Shown here: piece by piece, positions 59,930 through 64,000 of the stretch
Layout: each line of letters opens with the position of its first letter
How positions within the stretch are numbered: position 1 is the stretch's first letter
Virus record (IMG/VR): IMGVR_UViG_3300021960_000048
Span: 18,792 to 82,791 of that record
DNA from: a virus
DNA length: 64,000 nt
Strand: one strand, 5' to 3'
Program-made: the position numbers and the translations under genes
The notes under the pieces: generated by a model
The model's database searches: none
What the model saw: only the letters and a program-made list of their open reading frames with translations
Told to the model about the DNA's origin: nothing

Positions 59930-59972
59930 AAAAAAAGGGCGACCCCGCCCCAAACCGGGACGAGGCCGCTTT
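59930..59972 (-). terminator. GC-rich hairpin plus U-tract
   Basis: GCGGCCUCGUCCC-GGUUU-GGGGCGGGGUCGC then U7; paralog at 60311-60350. Confidence 0.75.
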
Positions 59973-59978
59973 ACGGTT

Positions 59979-60155
59979 TTACAGAGTGAACTCTTCACGC
60001 TCGACGACTTCGCCGCACCCTTGACAAGTGCAAGCCGACCAAGCGAAGTGATACACTTTGAACGACGCACCACATGAAGGGTGTGTCAAAAGTTTTCCAT
60101 TCTTACCGGCGCGAGACCTGCCGCTTGCATATTTCGTGTTATTGTTTCGTGTCAT
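59979..60155 (-). CDS. 58-aa Zn-ribbon microprotein (not in ORF track)
   Basis: MTRNNNTKYASGRSRAGKNGKLLTHPSCGASFKVYHFAWSACTCQGCGEVVEREEFTL; GAGGT RBS; leader shared with the 60754 gene. Confidence 0.8.
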   Translation of the reverse strand: MTRNNNTKYASGRSRAGKNGKLLTHPSCGASFKVYHFAWSACTCQGCGEVVEREEFTL

Positions 60156-60310
60156 TTATGTTACCTCAGACCTACCGAGAGGCTTCCGCCTTATCAATAC
60201 TTCTATATTTATATCTGGATATAATCAGTAATTGATATAACCGAAAGATTATATACCCCCATCCCGTCAGAGAAACGGGGTGGACGGCGATTTTTTACCA
60301 CCGGGTAAAG

Positions 60311-60350
60311 AAAAAAAAGCGACCCCGCCCATATAGAGCGAGGCCGTTTA
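60311..60350 (-). terminator. GC-rich hairpin plus U8
   Basis: CGGCCUCGCUC-UAUAU-GGGCGGGGUCG then U8. Confidence 0.75.
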
Positions 60351-60370
60351 CGATTTTCACTTATTCAATT

Positions 60371-60754
60371 TTAGAATGTGTCTCTGCTTAGTTCTCTTGA
60401 ATTGTAGTTCTCAGAGCCTCTGAATATTACGGTTAGTTCGCCGTAGAGATTTTGAGCGCGGAAGCGGCTAAACAGTGAGTCAAATACAACGCCTTGAAGG
60501 TCGTCCATTCTACTGAAGAAGTTAGGGTTTGAAGATTCAGGGTCTTGAGTAGTTCCGTAGTCGCCAGAGATGTCATATTCGTCCGGGTTCACTGTGATTA
60601 TTACTTCCCAGTTAGTACGAGACTTGTGCCATACTTCTGTAAATAATATGCCGAGAATTGCATGTCCTTGCGTCATTAGCGCATTAACATATAATTCCTC
60701 GTCGATTTCGTTCGCTCGCATTCTTGGGTTGCCGTAGTCAATATTTCGTGTCAT
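60371..60754 (-). CDS. Early-region acidic hypothetical protein (MTRNID...)
   Basis: ORF with own promoter, RBS and terminator. Confidence 0.7.
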   Translation of the reverse strand: MTRNIDYGNPRMRANEIDEELYVNALMTQGHAILGILFTEVWHKSRTNWEVIITVNPDEYDISGDYGTTQDPESSNPNFFSRMDDLQGVVFDSLFSRFRAQNLYGELTVIFRGSENYNSRELSRDTF

Positions 60755-61252
60755 TGATGTTACCTCAGACTATCCGAGAGGCCACCGGGTATTAAAGATA
60801 TCTATATGTTAATCTGTATATAATCAGTAATTAATATAACCGAAAGGTTATAAACCCGCATCTCATCTCGTAAACGGGGTTGGATGCGAGGACTGAGGAA
60901 CCGGGCCAGTGGCCGGGTCTTGAAGCCGCCCGCCCACCCCCTATGAGGTAAGGCTTAGGTATTAAACTTTTCTATAGTTTGATTATCATATACTTCAGAT
61001 GTATATAACCGAAAGGTTATAAACAATTAACCCATATCACTAACCCCGACTTCAAAAATCGCGCGGAAATGTGAGACCTATATAGGCGAAAGACTATAAG
61101 CAATTAACCCATATCACTAACCCCGTCTATACATCGCGACCCTACAAAGTGAGAATGCTACAGGCAAACATTCATATAGTATGACTTCCTCTGAGGATTA
61201 TGGGCCGAGGTGCGTAGCGTATGCTTTTTTGAAAATGTGGAAAAATTGTGGA

Positions 61253-61353
61253 AAGTATCGACTAAGTATCGAGTAAACGTGCATCAAATGTGAGAAGTAT
61301 CGGCTAAGTATCGAGTAAATGAGCAGTTTTAATCGGAAGTATCGACTAAATCG
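61253..61353. repeat. Phased direct repeats AAGTATCG (iteron/pac-like)
   Basis: AAGTATCGRCTAAGTATCGAGTAAA at 61253 and 61295, partial at 61337; 42-bp outer and 11-bp inner period. Confidence 0.85.
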
Positions 61354-61916
61354 TCATCCGTCTCTGCTTTGTTCTCGATGTCAATAATCTCTTTCTGTAG
61401 AACCTCACGCATCTGTTCCAACGGGTCGTAGCCAATGTTTACTATTACCTGTGGCTTTGCGTCTTGCGCTCCAGACATCTTGTCCAGTCCGTCCTGTTGT
61501 TTGATTAGACCACCAACCATGAACGACACTTGACCCAACTTCGACACGGTGTCTGCTTGTTCTTCTGCTTTGATGATTAGACGTTCCATTCTTTCCATAG
61601 AACGCCTTCTTCTTGCATATGAATCCAACCTAAGCCAGTCCGTATCGTCGAGTTCAGCCTTCATCACTACCATCTCTCGCATATTTTCCGCTAATTTTCC
61701 GGCATCGGACATAAGGCGATTCCATTCATCGGGGTCGAGTCGCCTCTCTAAACTTGCATCTGCCACTTTTCTTCGTATCTGGCTAGGCTTCATTCCTCGG
61801 ACCAGTAATTGTGCTGTCCACCTTACTAGAGGGTCATGTTCGTTCTCTCTTGTATCAGCAGGTAGTGTTTCGCCATCCCACTCATCAACTTCATCAAAGT
61901 CGTCTTTCATATACAT
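61329..61916 (-). CDS. Putative terminase small subunit
   Basis: N-terminal HTH-like AQLLVRGMKPSQIRRKV, helical core, C-terminal strand PQVIVNIG; typical TerS architecture, no direct homology check. Confidence 0.45.
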   Translation of the reverse strand: MYMKDDFDEVDEWDGETLPADTRENEHDPLVRWTAQLLVRGMKPSQIRRKVADASLERRLDPDEWNRLMSDAGKLAENMREMVVMKAELDDTDWLRLDSYARRRRSMERMERLIIKAEEQADTVSKLGQVSFMVGGLIKQQDGLDKMSGAQDAKPQVIVNIGYDPLEQMREVLQKEIIDIENKAETDDDLVDTSD

Positions 61917-61951
61917 CAGATATACTTCGTTGTGGTAATTCACGTTTTCGG

Positions 61952-62896
61952 TTACAGATTTACCCAGCGCGGGGCTTCGCCAGCGAACCATTTCTCTAAT
62001 TTTTCAAAGGAAACATCATCGGTTTCAGTAGGAATATGCGTAGGGTCGGAGTAGTCAATTAACGTAGCAGCGTTAGAAGAAACGATAACATTCCAAGGCC
62101 GTACATCACCATGACTGCCTATCTCCTTCCGAACATCATCGAGTATCAAAAATGGAACAGGTTTCGTTCCTTGAAAGTATTTCCACGTATGCAAATTAAT
62201 ACCCGGCAGCCAATCACGACGTGGCTCTTTACTATCCATGAACATCACTTCTTTACTATCCCAATCCGAGATAATCTTGAGACGCGGCTTCAAATGTTTA
62301 GGGCATCCAATATATCTTTGACCGAGACGAGTCCGAGATTGCTGCGACAAAAAGATAGGTCGTACGCCGCCGTCAAGGTGCGACTTACCTTCTCCAAGCC
62401 TTTCCCAGTCCTCTCCTATCTCCCAAGCCTGTACTAGCCTCTGTCCACACGCATTGGACTCAGTAGGCATCTCAAAGATGACGTTATCTCCTAGGTTCTC
62501 GATGAGTTGACACGTTCTATTCACATCTCCATTGATATGATGAACAACCGACATTGCCAATACTAAATCAAAATGTTCGACATCACCAAGAAGTGCCAAG
62601 TCTCCTTGCGTCATACTTTTTGTCAACACGATTCCTTGTCCGTTGATACCAGCCAACTCTGTTAATTGACGGGCGTACGTAGGATGTCCTTCAACCATCA
62701 CCGCGTGGCAGTTCTCAAAATCTTCCATCAATCTGAAAGAGAAATATCCAAGATTAGCACCGATGTCTAAAACTGTAAATGGTCGATTGAATTGTTTGGC
62801 TATCGACTTAATTATCTCATACCTATCGGCACACTCACGTACGCCATCACCATCTGCTTTGCCTCTTACCCAACGGGTCTGATACTGTTCCACCAT
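61952..62896 (-). CDS. SAM-dependent methyltransferase fused to a kinase-like remnant (WbdD-like architecture)
   Basis: VLDIGANLGYFS, FDLVLAMSVVHH; C-terminal HGDVRPWNVIV..LIDY. Confidence 0.75.
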   Translation of the reverse strand: MVEQYQTRWVRGKADGDGVRECADRYEIIKSIAKQFNRPFTVLDIGANLGYFSFRLMEDFENCHAVMVEGHPTYARQLTELAGINGQGIVLTKSMTQGDLALLGDVEHFDLVLAMSVVHHINGDVNRTCQLIENLGDNVIFEMPTESNACGQRLVQAWEIGEDWERLGEGKSHLDGGVRPIFLSQQSRTRLGQRYIGCPKHLKPRLKIISDWDSKEVMFMDSKEPRRDWLPGINLHTWKYFQGTKPVPFLILDDVRKEIGSHGDVRPWNVIVSSNAATLIDYSDPTHIPTETDDVSFEKLEKWFAGEAPRWVNL

Positions 62897-63064
62897 CTAT
62901 CTCAGTATGGCGAGGCACTCGATACACTTGTAAATTGTGCGGCCAAAGAATCGTCTTGTCTTTACTTCTTTGACTTTAACATCACACTCACACCACTCGC
63001 AATAATTGTTTCCAGACTTTTCAATTGCTGCATCAATATCAGAATCATTATCATAACGCTTCAT
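62897..63064 (-). CDS. 55-aa Zn-finger microprotein (not in ORF track)
   Basis: YCEWC..YKCIEC; GAGGTGA RBS. Confidence 0.6.
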   Translation of the reverse strand: MKRYDNDSDIDAAIEKSGNNYCEWCECDVKVKEVKTRRFFGRTIYKCIECLAILR

Positions 63065-63298
63065 CGTATTTCTCACCTCTTAGTGTGGTTTAAGGTCATT
63101 GGGTAATGACCCAAAAGGTCCGGTTTCTATTTTATTACTTGAAAGATAGTACCAGATTTCATGTGTATGTCTGCACCATTCTCATGATACACAACTGCCG
63201 CTATTTCTGTTTTCAAGATTCTAGCAGTACCAGTTTTTACATTCACGTCAAATATATTGTCGTCCTTCTCTTTTCCAAATATTTTCTTGAACTTCATT

Positions 63299-63604
63299 TC
63301 ACTCACTGTCCATTATTGCATATGGTAGAGACTCGCCATGACATTCGTCGCAGTCTCCGTCGTATGCTGTTGCCTTAATTTCTTCACCGTAGTTGTAAGG
63401 TTCGTCCTCAAGACATAAACAGATGGAACAGATGTTCATACTGCCCTCTATATGTGTATGTCCGTCCATGTCAACGTCTCTAATACTGCAAAGATACATT
63501 CCTGTCAAAGATGATGGTTTCATTTTCCACTTCTCAGCCATTACTGCGTTTCCTTGCTTTAGTCTCTTTACTCGCTCACTTGCTTCTGCACTTGTTCTGC
63601 TCAT
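63299..63604 (-). CDS. Cys-rich hypothetical protein
   Basis: CSIC and CDEC motifs. Confidence 0.55.
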   Translation of the reverse strand: MSRTSAEASERVKRLKQGNAVMAEKWKMKPSSLTGMYLCSIRDVDMDGHTHIEGSMNICSICLCLEDEPYNYGEEIKATAYDGDCDECHGESLPYAIMDSE

Positions 63605-63713
63605 TTTTTATGTCTCCTTTTGTATGCTGCCTTCCGTTTGAAGTATTCTTCCCACGTCATGCTGTTTTCTCCGATAATGCTGTAGTATATAATATGTATG
63701 TTATATGCCCCTC

Positions 63714-64000
63714 TCATCCCCACTGTTCCGCCATTGCATCTGCAATTCCTTGAAAGGTCGTACTTCTTATTTTCCATCTGTCCGGGCTTGGGGGTAAATA
63801 GTGAAGTCTTTGACGGACGTTCTTAGGTAGAGCCATAGTTTCATCTTTCAAATCCGTAGTCGGCAACAGTATAGGTAAGCCCTGCAACCAAAGACAAGTA
63901 GCCTTCGTTTCTTTATGACCGAATTGATACGGTTGAATTATTTGTGTATATTTACGTCCACCGATTCTTGAGACTGCATACTTGTGAGGGATAGGATTCT
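63714..64000 (-). CDS. C-terminal part of a phage-type C5 cytosine DNA methyltransferase (5' end outside window)
   Basis: Manual translation ENPIPHK..QIIQPYQFGHKETKATCLWLQGLP..RSTTFQGIADAMAEQWG matches the small phage Dcm-like family. Confidence 0.8.
   Translation of the reverse strand, partial: NPIPHKYAVSRIGGRKYTQIIQPYQFGHKETKATCLWLQGLPILLPTTDLKDETMALPKNVRQRLHYLPPSPDRWKIRSTTFQGIADAMAEQWG

Noticed and set aside
57755-61124. CRISPR or TIGR-type array from the 20-bp repeat
   Set aside because: Copies are dispersed (77 bp to 2.5 kb apart), not regularly spaced; no box C/D pattern and no recognisable Cas or Nop-domain gene.
61253-61353. Mini-CRISPR array
   Set aside because: Only 2.5 units, 17-bp spacers, internally tandem non-palindromic repeat and no cas genes; better explained as protein-binding iterons.
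1-64000. tRNA/rRNA genes, integrase or transposase
   Set aside because: No cloverleaf with a T-loop and no recombinase or transposase motifs noticed; a tRNAscan-SE run would be needed to exclude tRNAs formally.

Overview
This window is a 64-kb slice of a tailed dsDNA virus (Caudoviricetes, HK97-fold capsid, long-tail type). It has archaeal hallmarks: TATA-box promoters 21-25 nt upstream of near-leaderless start codons, family B DNA polymerase, RFC clamp-loader subunits and an Lsm-like protein. The gene set resembles viruses of marine Euryarchaeota (Marine Group II / 'magrovirus'-like); this host assignment is inference. Almost all genes are on the minus strand. From right to left: partial C5 DNA methyltransferase, methyltransferase-kinase, probable small terminase, a repeat-rich early region with ArdC (55-61 kb), replication and repair genes (RFC, PolB, MoxR/CobS AAA+ with vWA partner), terminase-portal-protease-capsid, tail genes, a plus-strand GroES/GroEL pair, then a DinG/XPD helicase and a P-loop ATPase. 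The most unusual signals are non-coding. (1) At least nine single-gene cassettes, most wedged between late transcription units, share one promoter in which the TATA box is a half-site of the palindrome ATATAAC-N6-GTTATAT. (2) The same motif is expanded into 16-bp-phased arrays between back-to-back promoters in the early region, where one side has no ORF. (3) A promoter-driven, ORF-free, highly structured RNA of about 500 nt lies beside an AT-rich origin-like tract, and there are two further structured RNA candidates near 4.7 and 5.5 kb. (4) Helically phased iteron-like repeats lie next to the putative terS. A -1 frameshift (G/GT-type tail chaperone) missed by the ORF track is also clear. All analysis was by eye; no searches or folding programs were run.
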